Assembly (NCBI GenBank): GCA_964016885.1
Contig: OZ024756.1
Location: 1,612,001 to 1,676,000 of the forward strand
Direction of reading: 5' to 3'
Source of the DNA: Eledone cirrhosa
Lineage: Eukaryota
Length of the DNA: 64,000 bases
The notes under the pieces: generated by a model
Database searches by the model: none
The model's input: the letters and a program-made list of their open reading frames with translations, nothing else
What the model was told of the DNA's origin: nothing
Shown here: positions 23,628 to 36,510 of the stretch, piece after piece
Layout: every line of letters starts with the position of its first letter
Position numbering within the stretch: the stretch's first letter is position 1
Program-made: the position numbers and the translations under genes

Positions 23628-26148
23628 AAGTGTGCAGTGTCAGTGATCTGGTCCTCTATCTTGCTGTCTTCAGTACATCTATGTAGTGTGCAGTGTCAGT
23701 GATCTGGTCCTCTGTCTTGCCGTCTTCAGTTCATCTATGAAGTGTGTAGTGTCAGTGATCTGGTCCTCTGTCTTGCTGTCTTCAGTACATCTATGAAGTG
23801 TGCAGTGTCAGTGATCAGGTCCTCTGTCTTGCTGTCTTAGGTTCATCTATGAAGTGTGCAGTGTCAGTGATCTCGTCCTCTGTCTTGCTGTCTTCAGTAC
23901 ATCTATGAAGTGTGCAGTGTCAGTGATCTCGTCCTCTGTCTTGCTGTCTTCAGTACATCTATGAGGTGTGCAGTGTCAGTGATCTGGTCCTCTGTCTTGC
24001 TGTCTTCAGTACATCTATGAAGTGTGCAGTGTCAGTGATCTGGTCCTCTGTCTTGCTGTCTTCAGTACATCTATGAAGTGTGCAGTGTCAGTGATCTGGT
24101 CCTCTGTCTTGCTGTCTTCAGTACATCTATGAAGTGTGCCGTGTCAGTGATCAGCTCCTCTGTCTTGCTGTCTTCAGTTCATCTATGATGTGTGCAGTGT
24201 CAGTGATCTGGTCCTCTGTCTTGCTGTCTTCAGTACATCTATGAAGTGTGCAGTGTCAGTGATCAGCTCCTCTGTCTTGCTGTCTTCAGTTCATCTATGA
24301 TGTGTGCAGTGTCAGTGATCTGGTCCTCCGTCTTGCTGTCTTCAGTACATCTATGTAGTGTGCAGTGTCAGTGATCTGGTCCTCTGTCTTGCCGTCTTCA
24401 GTTCATCTATGAAGTGTGTAGTGTCAGTGATCTGGTCCTCTGTCTTGCTGTCTTCAGTACATCTATGAAGTGTGCAGTGTCAGTGATCAGGTCCTCTGTC
24501 TTGCTGTCTTAGTTTCATCTATGAAGTGTGCAGTGTCAGTGATCTCGTCCTCTGTCTTGCTGTCTTCAGTTCATCTATGAAGTGTGTAGTGTCAGTGATC
24601 TGGTCCTCTGTCTTGCTGTCTTCAGTACATCTATGAAGTGTGCAGTGTCAGTGATCAGGTCCTCTGTCTTGCTGTCTTCAGTACATCTATGAAGTGTGCA
24701 GTGTCAGTGATCTTGTCCTCTGTCTTGCTGTCTTCAGTACATCTATGAAGTGTGCAGTGTCAGTGATCTGGTCCTCTGTCTTGCTGTCTTCAGTACATCT
24801 ATGAAGTGTGCAGTGTCAGTGATCTGGTCCTCTGTCTTGCTGTCTTCAGTACATCTATGAAGTGTGCAGTGTCAGTGATCTGGACCTCTGTCTTGCTGTC
24901 TTCAGTACATCTATGAAGTGTGCAGTGTTAGTGATCTGGTCCTCTGTCTTGCTGTCTTCAGTTCATCTATGAAGTGTGCAGTGTCAGTGATCTGGTCCTC
25001 TGTCTTGCTGTCTTCAGTTCATCTATGAAGTGTGCAGTGTCAGTGATCTGGTCCTCTGTCTTGCTGTCTTCAGTACATCTATGAAGTGTGCAGTGTCAGT
25101 GATCTGGTCCTCTGTCTTGCTGTCTTCAGTACATCTATGAAGTGTGCAGTGTCAGTGATCTGGTCCTCTGTCTTGTTGTCTTCAGTTCATCTATGAAGTG
25201 TGCAGTGTCAGTGATCTGGTCCTCCGTCTTGCTGTCTTCAGTTCATCTATGAAGTGTGCAGTGTCAGTGATCTGGTCCTCTATCTTGCTGTCTTCAGTAC
25301 ATCTATGTAGTGTGCAGTGTCAGTGATCTGGTCCTCTGTCTTGCCGTCTTCAGTTCATCTATGAAGTGTGTAGTGTCAGTGATCTGGTCCTCTGTCTTGC
25401 TGTCTTCAGTACATCTATGAAGTGTGCAGTGTCAGTGATCTGGCCCTCTGTCTTGCTGTCTTCAGTTCATCTATGAAGTGTGCAGTGTCAGTGATCTGGT
25501 CCTCTGTCTTGCTGTCTTCAGTTCATCTATGAAGTGTGCAGTGTCTGTGATCTGGTCCTCTGTCTTGCTGTCTTCAGTTCATCTATGAAGTGTGCAGTGT
25601 CAGTGATCTGGTCCTCTATCTTGCTGTCTTCAGTACATCTATGTAGTGTGCAGTGTCAGTGATCTGGTCCTCTGTCTTGCCGTCTTCAGTTCATCTATGA
25701 AGTGTGTAGTGTCAGTGATCTGGTCCTCTGTCTTGCTGTCTTCAGTACATCTATGAAGTGTGCAGTGTCAGTGATCAGGTCCTCTGTCTTGCTGTCTTAG
25801 GTTCATCTATGAAGTGTGCAGTGTCAGTGATCTCGTCCTCTGTCTTGCTGTCTTCAGTACATCTATGAAGTGTGCAGTGTCAGTGATCTCGTCCTCTGTC
25901 TTGCTGTCTTCAGTACATCTATGAGGTGTGCAGTGTCAGTGATCTGGTCCTCTGTCTTGCTGTCTTCAGTACATCTATGAAGTGTGCAGTGTCAGTGATC
26001 TGGTCCTCTGTCTTGCTGTCTTCAGTACATCTATGAAGTGTGCAGTGTCAGTGATCTGGTCCTCTGTCTTGCTGTCTTCAGTACATCTATGAAGTGTGCC
26101 GTGTCAGTGATCAGCTCCTCTGTCTTGCTGTCTTCAGTTCATCTATGA
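22142..26148. repeat. Tandem duplication of a 35-monomer, 1,960-bp block
   Basis: Offset 1960 for AGTTTCATC 22551/24511, GGACCTC 22922/24882 and GTGTCTGTGA 23581/25541. Confidence 0.9.
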
Positions 26149-27619
26149 AGTGTGCAGTGTCAGTGATCTGGTCCTCTATCTTGCTGTCTTCAGTACATCT
26201 ATGTAGTGTGCAGTGTCAGTGATCTGGTCCTCTGTCTTGCCGTCTTTAGTTCATCTATGAAGTGTGTAGTGTTTAGTGATCTGGTCCTCTGTCTTGCTGT
26301 CTTCAGTACATCTATGAAGTGTGCAGTGTCAGTGATCAGGTCCTCTGTCTTGCTGTCTTAGGTTCATCTATGAAGTGTGCAGTGTCAGTGATATCGTCCT
26401 CTGTCTTGCTGTATTCAGTACATCTATGAAGTGTGCAGTGTCAGTGATCTCGTCCTCTGTCTTGCTGTCTTCAGTACATCTATGAAGTGTGCAGTGTCAG
26501 TGATCTGGTTCTCTGTCTTGCTGTCTTCAGTACATCTATGAAGTGTGCCGTGTCAGTGATCAGCTCCTCTGTCTTGCTGTCTTCAGTTCATCTATGATGT
26601 GTGCAGTGTCAGTGATCTGGTCCTCTGTCTTGCTGTCTTCAGTACATCTATGAAGTGTGCAGTGTCAGTGATCAGCTCCTCTGTCTTGCTGTCTTCAGTT
26701 CATCTATGATGTGTGCAGTGTCAGTGATCTGGTCCTCCGTCTTGCTGTCTTCAGTACATCTATGTAGTGTGCAGTGTCAGTGATCTGGTCCTCTGTCTTG
26801 CCGTCTTCAGTTCATCTATGAAGTGTGTAGTGTCAGTGATCTGGTCCTCTGTCTTGCTGTCTTCAGTACATCTATGAAGTGTGCAGTGTCAGTGATCAGG
26901 TCCTCTGTCTTGCTGTCTTAGGTTCATCTATGAAGTGTGCAGTGTCAGTGATCTCGTCCTCTGTCTTGCTGTCTTCAGTACATCTATGAAGTGTGCAGTG
27001 TCAGTGATCTCGTCCTCTGTCTTGCTGTCTTCAGTACATCTATGAGGTGTGCAGTGTCAGTGATCTGGTCCTCTGTCTTGTTGTCTTCAGTTCATCTATG
27101 AAGTGTGCAGTGTCAGTGATCTTGTCCTCTGTCTTGCTGTCTTCAGTTCATCTATGAAGTGTGTAGTGTCAGTGATCTGGTCCTCTGTCTTGCTGTCTTC
27201 AGTACATCTATGAAGTGTGCAGTGTCAGTGATCAGGTCCTCTGTCTTGCTGTCTTCAGTACATCTATGAAGTGTGCAGTGTCAGTGATCTTGTCCTCTGT
27301 CTTGCTGTCTTCAGTACATCTATGAAGTGTGCAGTGTCAGTGATCTGGTCCTCTGTCTTGCTGTCTTCAGTACATCTATGAAGTGTGCAGTGTCAGTGAT
27401 CTGGTCCTCTGTCTTGCTGTCTTCAGTACATCTATGAAGTGTGCAGTGTCAGTGATCTGGTCCTCTGTCTTGCTGTCTTCAGTACATCTATGAAGTGTGC
27501 AGTGTTAGTGATCTGGTCCTCTGTCTTGCTGTCTTCAGTTCATCTATGAAGTGTGCAGTGTCAGTGATCTGGTCCTCTGTCTTGCTGTCTTCAGTTCATC
27601 TATGAAGTGTGCAGTGTCA

Positions 27620-30600
27620 GTGATCTGGTCCTCTGTCTTGCTGTCTTCAGTACATCTATGAAGTGTGCAGTGTCAGTGATCTGGTCCTCTGTCTTGCTGT
27701 CTTCAGTACATCTATGAAGTCTGCAGTGTCAGTGATCTGGTCCTCTGTCTTGTTGTCTTCAGTTCATCTATGAAGTGTGCAGTGTCAGTGATCTGGTCCT
27801 CTGTCTTGCTGTCTTCAGTTCATCTATGAAGTGTGCAGTGTCAGTGATCTGGTCCTCTGTCTTGTTGTCTTCAGTTCATCTATGAAGTGTGCAGTGTCAG
27901 TGACCTGGTCCTCTGTCTTGCTGTCTTCAGTACATCTATGAAGGTTGCAGTGTCAGTGATCTGGTCCTCTGTCTTGTTGTCTTCAGTTCATCTATGAAGT
28001 GTGCAGTGTCAGTGATCTGGTCCTCTGTCTTGCTGTCTTCAGTACATCTATGAAGTGTGCAGTGTCAGTGATCTGGTCCTCTGTCTTGCTGTCTTCAGTA
28101 CATCTATGAAGTGTGCAGTGTCAGTGATCTGGTCCTCTGTCTTGCTGTCTTCAGTACATCTATGAAGTGTGCAGTGTCAGTGATCTGGTCCTCTGTCTTG
28201 CTGTCTTCAGTTCATCTATGAAGTGTGCAGTGTCAGTGATCTGGTCCTCTGTCTTGCTGTCTTCAGTTCATCTATGAAGTGTGCAGTGTCAGTGATCTGG
28301 TCCTCTGTCTTGCTGTCTTCAGTTCATCTATGAAGTGTGCAGTGTCAGTGATCTGGTCCTCTGTCTTGCTGCCTTCAGTTCATCTATGAAGTGTGCAGTG
28401 TCAGTGATCTGGTCCTCTGTCTTCCTGTCTTCAGTTCATCTATGAAGTGTGCAGTGTCAGTGATCTGGTCCTCTGTCTTGCTGTCTTCAGTTCATCTATG
28501 AAGTGTGCAGTGTCAGTGATCTGGTCCTCTGTCTTGCTGTCTTCAGTACATCTATGAAGTGTGCAGTGTCAGTGATCTGGTCCTCTGTGTTGCTGTCTTC
28601 AGTACATCTATGAAGTGTGCAGTGTCAGTGATCTGGTCCTCTGTCTTGCTGTCTTCAGTTCATCTATGAAGTGTGCAGTGTCAGTGATCTGGTCCCCTGT
28701 CTTGCTGTCTTCAGTTCATCTATGAAGTGTGCAATGTCAGTGATCTGGTCCTCTGTCTTGCTGTCTTCAGTTCATCTATGAAGTGTGCATTGTCAGTGAT
28801 CTGGTCCTCTGTCTTGCTGTCTTCAGTTCATCTATGAAGTGTGCAGTGTCAGTGATCTGGTCCTCTGTCTTGCTGTCTTCAGTACATCTATGAAGTGTGC
28901 AGTGTCAGTGATCTGGTCCTCTGTCTTGCTGTCTTCAGTACATCTATGAAGTGTGCAGTGTCAGTGATCTGGTCCTCTGTCTTGCTGTCTTCAGTTCATC
29001 TATGAAATGTGCAGTGTCAGTGATCTGGTCCTCTGTCTTGCTGTCTTCAGTATATCTATGAAGTGTGCAGTGCCAGTGATCTAGTCCTCTGTCTTGCTGT
29101 CTTCAGTTCATCTATGAAGTGTGCAGTGTCAGTGATCTTGTCCGCTGTCTTGCCGTCTTCAGTACATCTATGAAGTGTGCAGTGTCAGTGATCTCTTCCT
29201 CTGTCTTGCCGTCTTCAGTACATCAATGAAGTGTGCAGTGTCAGTGATCTCGTCCTCTGTCTTGCTGTCTTCAGTACATCTATGAAGTGTGCAGTGTCAG
29301 TGATCTCGTCCTCTGTCTTGCTGTCTTCGGTACATCTATGAAGTGTGCAGTGTCAGTGATCTGGTCCTCTATCTTGCTGTCTTCAGTACATCTATGAAGT
29401 GTGTAGTGTCAGTGATCTGGTCCTCTGTCTTGCTGTCTTCAGTACATCTATGAAGTGTGCAGTGTCAGTGATCTGGTCCTCTGTCTTGTTGTCTTCAGTT
29501 CATCTATGAAGTGTGCAGTGTCAGTGATCTGGTCCTCTGTCTTGCTGTCTTCAGTTCATCTATGAAGTGTGTAGTGTCAGTGATCTGGTCCTCTGTCTTG
29601 CTGTCTTCAGTACATCTATGAAGTGTGCAGTGTCAGTGATCAGGTCCTCTGTCTTGCTGTCTTCAGTACATCTATGAAGTGTGCAGTGTCAGTGATCTGG
29701 TCCTCTGTCTTGCTGTCTTCAGTACATCTATGAAGTGTGCAGTGTCAGTGATCTGGTCCTCTGTCTTGCTGTCTTCAGTACATCTATGAAGTGTGCAGTG
29801 TCAGTGATCTGGTCCTCTGTCTTGCTGTCTTTAGTACATCTATGAAGTGTGCAGTGTCAGTGATCTGGTCCTCTGTCTTGTTGTCTTCAGTTCATCTATG
29901 AAGTGTGCAGTGTCAGTGATCTGGTCCTCTGTCTTGCTGTCTTCAGTTCATCTATGAAGTGTGCAGTGTCAGTGATCTGGTCCTCTGTCTTGTTGTCTTC
30001 AGTTCATCTATGAAGTGTGCAGTGTAAGTGATCTGGTCCTCTGTCTTGCTGTCTTCAGTACATCTATGAAGTGTGCAGTGTCAGTGATCTGGTCCTCTGT
30101 CTTGTTGTCTTCAGTTCATCTATGAAGTGTGCAGTGTCAGTGATCTGGTCCTCTGTCTTGCTGTCTTCAGTACATCTATGAAGTGTGCAGTGTCAGTGAT
30201 CTGGTCCTCTGTCTTGCTGTCTTCAGTACATCTATGAAGTGTGCAGTGTCAGTGATCTGGTCCTCTGTCTTGTTGTCTTCAGTTCATCTATGAAGTGTGC
30301 AGTGTCAGTGATCTGGTCCTCTGTCTTGCTGTCTTCAGTACATCTATGAAGTGTGCAGTGTCAGTGATCTGGTCCTCTGTCTTGCTGTCTTCAGTTCATC
30401 TATGAAGTGTGCAGTGTCAGTGATCTGGTCCTCTGTCTTGCTGTCTTCAGTTCATCTATGAAGTGTGCAGTGTCAGTGATCTGGTCCTCTGTCTTGCTGT
30501 CTTCAGTTCATCTATGAAGTGTGCAGTGTCAGTGATCTGGTCCTCTGTCTTGCTGTCTTCAGTTCATCTATGAAGTGTGCAGTGTCAGTGATCTGGTCCT

Positions 30601-33600
30601 CTGTCTTCCTGTCTTCAGTTCATCTATGAAGTGTGCAGTGTCAGTGATCTGGTCCTCTGTCTTGCTGTCTTCAGTTCATATATGAAGTGTGCAGTGTCAG
30701 TGATCTGGTCCTCTGTCTTGCTGTCTTCAGTACATCTATGAAGTGTGCAGTGTCAGTGATCTGGTCCTCTGTGTTGCTGTCTTCAGTACATCTATGAAGT
30801 GTGCAGTGTCAGTGATCTGGTCCTCTGTTTTGCTGTCTTCAGTTCATCTATGAAGTGTGCAGTGTCAGTGATCTGGTCCCCTGTCTTGCTGTCTTCAGTT
30901 CATCTATGAAGTGTGCAATGTCAGTGATCTGGTCCTCTGTCTTGCTGTTTTCAGTTCATCTATGAAGTGTGCAGTGTCAGTGATCTGGTCCTCTGTCTTG
31001 CTGTCTTCAGTTCATCTATGAAGTGTGCAGTGTCAGTGATCTGGTCCTCTGTCTTGCTGTCTTCAGTACATCTATGAAGTGTGCAGTGTCAGTGATCTGG
31101 TCCTCTGTCTTGCTGTCTTCAGTTCATCTATGAAATGTGCAGTGTCAGTGATCTGGTCCTCTGTCTTGCTGTCTTCAGTACATCTATGAAGTGTGCAGTG
31201 CCAGTGATCTAGTCCTCTGTCTTGCTGTCTTCAGTTCATCTATGAAGTGTGCAGTGTCAGTGATCTTGTCCGCTGTCTTGCCGTCTTCAGTACATCTATG
31301 AATTGTGCAGTGTCAGTGATCTCGTCCTCTGTCTTGCTGTCTTCAGTACATCAATGAAGTGTGCAGTGTCAGTGATCTCGTCCTCTGTCTTGCTGTCTTC
31401 AGTACATCTATGAAGTGTGCAGTGTCAGTGATCTCGTCCTCTGTCTTGCTGTCTTCAGTACATCTATGAGGTGTGCAGTGTCAGTGATCTGGTCCTCTGT
31501 CTTGCTGTCTTCAGTACATCTATGAAGTGTGCAGTGTCAGTGATCTGGTCCTCTATCTTGCTGTCTTCAGTACATTTATGAAGTGTGCAGTGTCAGTGAT
31601 CTGGTCCTCTGTCTTGCTGTCTTCAGTACATCTATGAAGTGTGCAGTGTCAGTGATCAGGTCCTCTGTCTTGCTGTCTTCAGTTCATCTATGAAGTGTGC
31701 AGTGTCAGTGATCAGGTCCTCTGTCTTGCTGTCTTCAGTACATCTATGAAGTGTGCAGTGTCAGTGATCTAGTCCTCTGTCTTGCTGTCTTCAGTTCATC
31801 TATGAAGTGTGCAGTGTCAGTGATCTTGTCCGCTGTCTTGCCGTCTTCAGTACATCAATGAAGTGTGCAGTGTCAGTGATCTCGTCTTCTGTCTTGCTGT
31901 CTTCAGTACATCTATGAAGTGTGCAGTGTCAGTGATCTCGTCCTCTGTCTTGCTGTCTTCAGTACATCTATGAGGTGTGCAGTGTCAGTGATCTGGTCCT
32001 CTGTCTTGCTGTCTTCAGTACATCTATGAAGTGTGCAGTGTCAGTGATCTGGTCCTCTGTCTTGCTGTCTTCAGTACATCTATGAAGTGTGCAGTGTCAG
32101 TGATCTGGTCCTCTGTCTTGTTGTCTTCAGTTCATCTATGAAGTGTGCAGTGTCAGTGATCTGGTCCTCTGTCTTGCTGTCTTCAGTTCATCTATGAAGT
32201 GTGCAGTGTCAGTGATCTGGTCCTCTGTCTTGTTGTCTTCAGTTCATCTATGAAGTGTGCAGTGTCAGTGACCTGGTCCTCTGTCTTGCTGTCTTCAGTA
32301 CATCTATGAAGTGTGCAGTGTCAGTGATCTGGTCCTCTGTCTTGTTGTCTTCAGTTCATCTATGAAGTGTGCAGTGTCAGTGATCTGGTCCTCTGTCTTG
32401 CTGTCTTCAGTACATCTATGAAGTGTGCAGTGTCAGTGATCTGGTCCTCTGTCTTGCTGTCTTCAGTACATCTATGAAGTGTGCAGTGTCAGTGATCTGG
32501 TCCTCTGTCTTGCTGTCTTCAGTACATCTATGAAGTGTGCAGTGTCAGTGATCTGGTCCTCTGTCTTGCTGTCTTCAGTTCATCTATGAAGTGTGCAGTG
32601 TCAGTGATCTGGTCCTCTGTCTTGCTGTCTTCAGTTCATCTATGAAGTGTGCAGTGTCAGTGATCTGGTCCTCTGTCTTGCTGTCTTCAGTTCATCTATG
32701 AAGTGTGCAGTGTCAGTGATCTGGTCCTCTGTCTTGCTGCCTTCAGTTCATCTATGAAGTGTGCAGTGTCAGTGATCTGGTCCTCTGTCTTCCTGTCTTC
32801 AGTTCATCTATGAAGTGTGCAGTGTCAGTGATCTGGTCCTCTGTCTTGCTGTCTTCAGTTCATCTATGAAGTGTGCAGTGTCAGTGATCTGGTCCTCTGT
32901 CTTGCTGTCTTCAGTACATCTATGAAGTGTGCAGTGTCAGTGATCTGGTCCTCTGTGTTGCTGTCTTCAGTACATATATGAAGTGTGCAGTGTCAGTGAT
33001 CTGGTCCTCTGTCTTGCTGTCTTCAGTTCATCTATGAAGTGTGCAGTGTCAGTGATCTGGTCCCCTGTCTTGCTGTCTTCAGTTCATCTATGAAGTGTGC
33101 AATGTCAGTGATCTGGTCCTCTGTCTTGCTGTCTTCAGTTCATCTATGAAGTGTGCATTGTCAGTGATCTGGTCCTCTGTCTTGCTGTCTTCAGTTCATC
33201 TATGAAGTGTGCAGTGTCAGTGATCTGGTCCTCTGTCTTGCTGTCTTCAGTACATCTATGAAGTGTGCAGTGTCAGTGATCTGGTCCTCTGTCTTGCTGT
33301 CTTCAGTACATCTATGAAGTGTGCAGTGTCAGTGATCTGGTCCTCTGTCTTGCTGTCTTCAGTTCATCTATGAAATGTGCAGTGTCAGTGATCTGGTCCT
33401 CTGTCTTGCTGTCTTCAGTATATCTATGAAGTGTGCAGTGCCAGTGATCTAGTCCTCTGTCTTGCTGTCTTCAGTTCATCTATGAAGTGTGCAGTGTCAG
33501 TGATCTTGTCCGCTGTCTTGCCGTCTTCAGTACATCTATGAAGTGTGCAGTGTCAGTGATCTCTTCCTCTGTCTTGCTGTCTTCAGTACATCAATGAAGT

Positions 33601-36510
33601 GTGCAGTGTCAGTGATCTCGTCCTCTGTCTTGCTGTCTTCAGTACATCTATGAAGTGTGCAGTGTCAGTGATCTCGTCCTCTGTCTTGCTGTCTTCGGTA
33701 CATCTATGAAGTGTGCAGTGTCAGTGATCTGGTCCTCTATCTTGCTGTCTTCAGTACATCTATGAAGTGTGTAGTGTCAGTGATCTGGTCCTCTGTCTTG
33801 CTGTCTTCAGTACATCTATGAAGTGTGCAGTGTCAGTGATCTGGTCCTCTGTCTTGTTGTCTTCAGTTCATCTATGAAGTGTGCAGTGTCAGTGATCTGG
33901 TCCTCTGTCTTGCTGTCTTCAGTTCATCTATGAAGTGTGTAGTGTCAGTGATCTGGTCCTCTGTCTTGCTGTCTTCAGTACATCTATGAAGTGTGCAGTG
34001 TCAGTGATCAGGTCCTCTGTCTTGCTGTCTTCAGTACATCTATGAAGTGTGCAGTGTCAGTGATCTGGACCTCTGTCTTGCTGTCTTCAGTACATCTATG
34101 AAGTGTGCAGTGTCAGTGATCTGGTCCTCTGTCTTGCTGTCTTCAGTACATCTATGATGTCTGCAGTGTCAGTGATCTGGTCCTCTGTCTTGCTGTCTTC
34201 AGTTCATCTATGAAGTGTGCAGTGTCAGTGATCTGGTCCTCTGTCTTGCTGTCTTCAGTACATCTATGAAGTGTGCAGTGTCAGTGATCTGGTCCTCTGT
34301 CTTGCTGTCTTCAGTACATCTATGAAGTGTGCAGTGTCAGTGATCTGGTCCTCTGTCTTGTTGTCTTCAGTTCATCTATGAAGTGTGCAGTGTCAGTGAT
34401 CTGGTCCTCTGTCTTGCTGTCTTCAGTTCATCTATGAAGTGTGCAGTGTCAGTGATCTGGTCCTCTGTCTTGTTGTCTTCAGTTCATCTATGAAGTGTGC
34501 AGTGTCAGTGATCTGGTCCTCTGTCTTGCTGTCTTCAGTACATCTATGAAGTGTGCAGTGTCAGTGATCTGGTCCTCTGTCTTGTTGTCTTCAGTTCATC
34601 TATGAAGTGTGCAGTGTCAGTGATCTGGTCCTCTGTCTTGCTGTCTTCAGTACATCTATGAAGTGTGCAGTGTCAGTGATCTGGTCCTCTGTCTTGCTGT
34701 CTTCAGTACATCTATGAAGTGTGCAGTGTCAGTGATCTGGTCCTCTGTCTTGTTGTCTTCAGTTCATCTATGAAGTGTGCAGTGTCAGTGATCTGGTCCT
34801 CTGTCTTGCTGTCTTCAGTACATCTATGAAGTGTGCAGTGTCAGTGATCTGGTCCTCTGTCTTGCTGTCTTCAGTTCATCTATGAAGTGTGCAGTGTCAG
34901 TGATCTGGTCCTCTGTCTTGCTGTCTTCAGTTCATCTATGAAGTGTGCAGTGTCAGTGATCTGGTCCTCTGTCTTGCTGTCTTCAGTTCATCTATGAAGT
35001 GTGCAGTGTCAGTGATCTGGTCCTCTGTCTTGCTGTCTTCAGTTCATCTATGAAGTGTGCAGTGTCAGTGATCTGGTCCTCTGTCTTCCTGTCTTCAGTT
35101 CATCTATGAAGTGTGCAGTGTCAGTGATCTGGTCCTCTGTCTTGCTGTCTTCAGTTCATATATGAAGTGTGCAGTGTCAGTGATCTGGTCCTCTGTCTTG
35201 CTGTCTTCAGTACATCTATGAAGTGTGCAGTGTCAGTGATCTGGTCCTCTGTGTTGCTGTCTTCAGTACATCTATGAAGTGTGCAGTGTCAGTGATCTGG
35301 TCCTCTGTTTTGCTGTCTTCAGTTCATCTATGAAGTGTGCAGTGTCAGTGATCTGGTCCCCTGTCTTGCTGTCTTCAGTTCATCTATGAAGTGTGCAATG
35401 TCAGTGATCTGGTCCTCTGTCTTGCTGTTTTCAGTTCATCTATGAAGTGTGCAGTGTCAGTGATCTGGTCCTCTGTCTTGCTGTCTTCAGTTCATCTATG
35501 AAGTGTGCAGTGTCAGTGATCTGGTCCTCTGTCTTGCTGTCTTCAGTACATCTATGAAGTGTGCAGTGTCAGTGATCTGGTCCTCTGTCTTGCTGTCTTC
35601 AGTTCATCTATGAAATGTGCAGTGTCAGTGATCTGGTCCTCTGTCTTGCTGTCCTCAGTACATCTATGAAGTGTGCAGTGCCAGTGATCTAGTCCTCTGT
35701 CTTGCTGTCTTCAGTTCATCTATGAAGTGTGCAGTGTCAGTGATCTTGTCCGCTGTCTTGCCGTCTTCAGTACATCTATGAATTGTGCAGTGTCAGTGAT
35801 CTCGTCCTCTGTCTTGCTGTCTTCAGTACATCAATGAAGTGTGCAGTGTCAGTGATCTCGTCCTCTGTCTTGCTGTCTTCAGTACATCTATGAAGTGTGC
35901 AGTGTCAGTGATCTCGTCCTCTGTCTTGCTGTCTTCAGTACATCTATGAGGTGTGCAGTGTCAGTGATCTGGTCCTCTGTCTTGCTGTCTTCAGTACATC
36001 TATGAAGTGTGCAGTGTCAGTGATCTGGTCCTCTATCTTGCTGTCTTCAGTACATTTATGAAGTGTGCAGTGTCAGTGATCTGGTCCTCTGTCTTGCTGT
36101 CTTCAGTACATCTATGAAGTGTGCAGTGTCAGTGATCAGGTCCTCTGTCTTGCTGTCTTCAGTTCATCTATGAAGTGTGCAGTGTCAGTGATCAGGTCCT
36201 CTGTCTTGCTGTCTTCAGTACATCTATGAAGTGTGCAGTGTCAGTGATCTAGTCCTCTGTCTTGCTGTCTTCAGTTCATCTATGAAGTGTGCAGTGTCAG
36301 TGATCTTGTCCGCTGTCTTGCCGTCTTCAGTACATCAATGAAGTGTGCAGTGTCAGTGATCTCGTCTTCTGTCTTGCTGTCTTCAGTACATCTATGAAGT
36401 GTGCAGTGTCAGTGATCTCGTCCTCTGTCTTGCTGTCTTCAGTACATCTATGAGGTGTGCAGTGTCAGTGATCTGGTCCTCTGTCTTGCTGTCTTCAGTA
36501 CATCTATGAA
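27620..36510. repeat. Tandem duplication of a 78-80-monomer block (4.37-4.48 kb)
   Basis: GACCTGG 27902/32270 and TTGTCCGC monomers 29126/33494 are offset 4368. TTGTCCGC monomers 31254/35734 are offset 4480. Confidence 0.85.
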
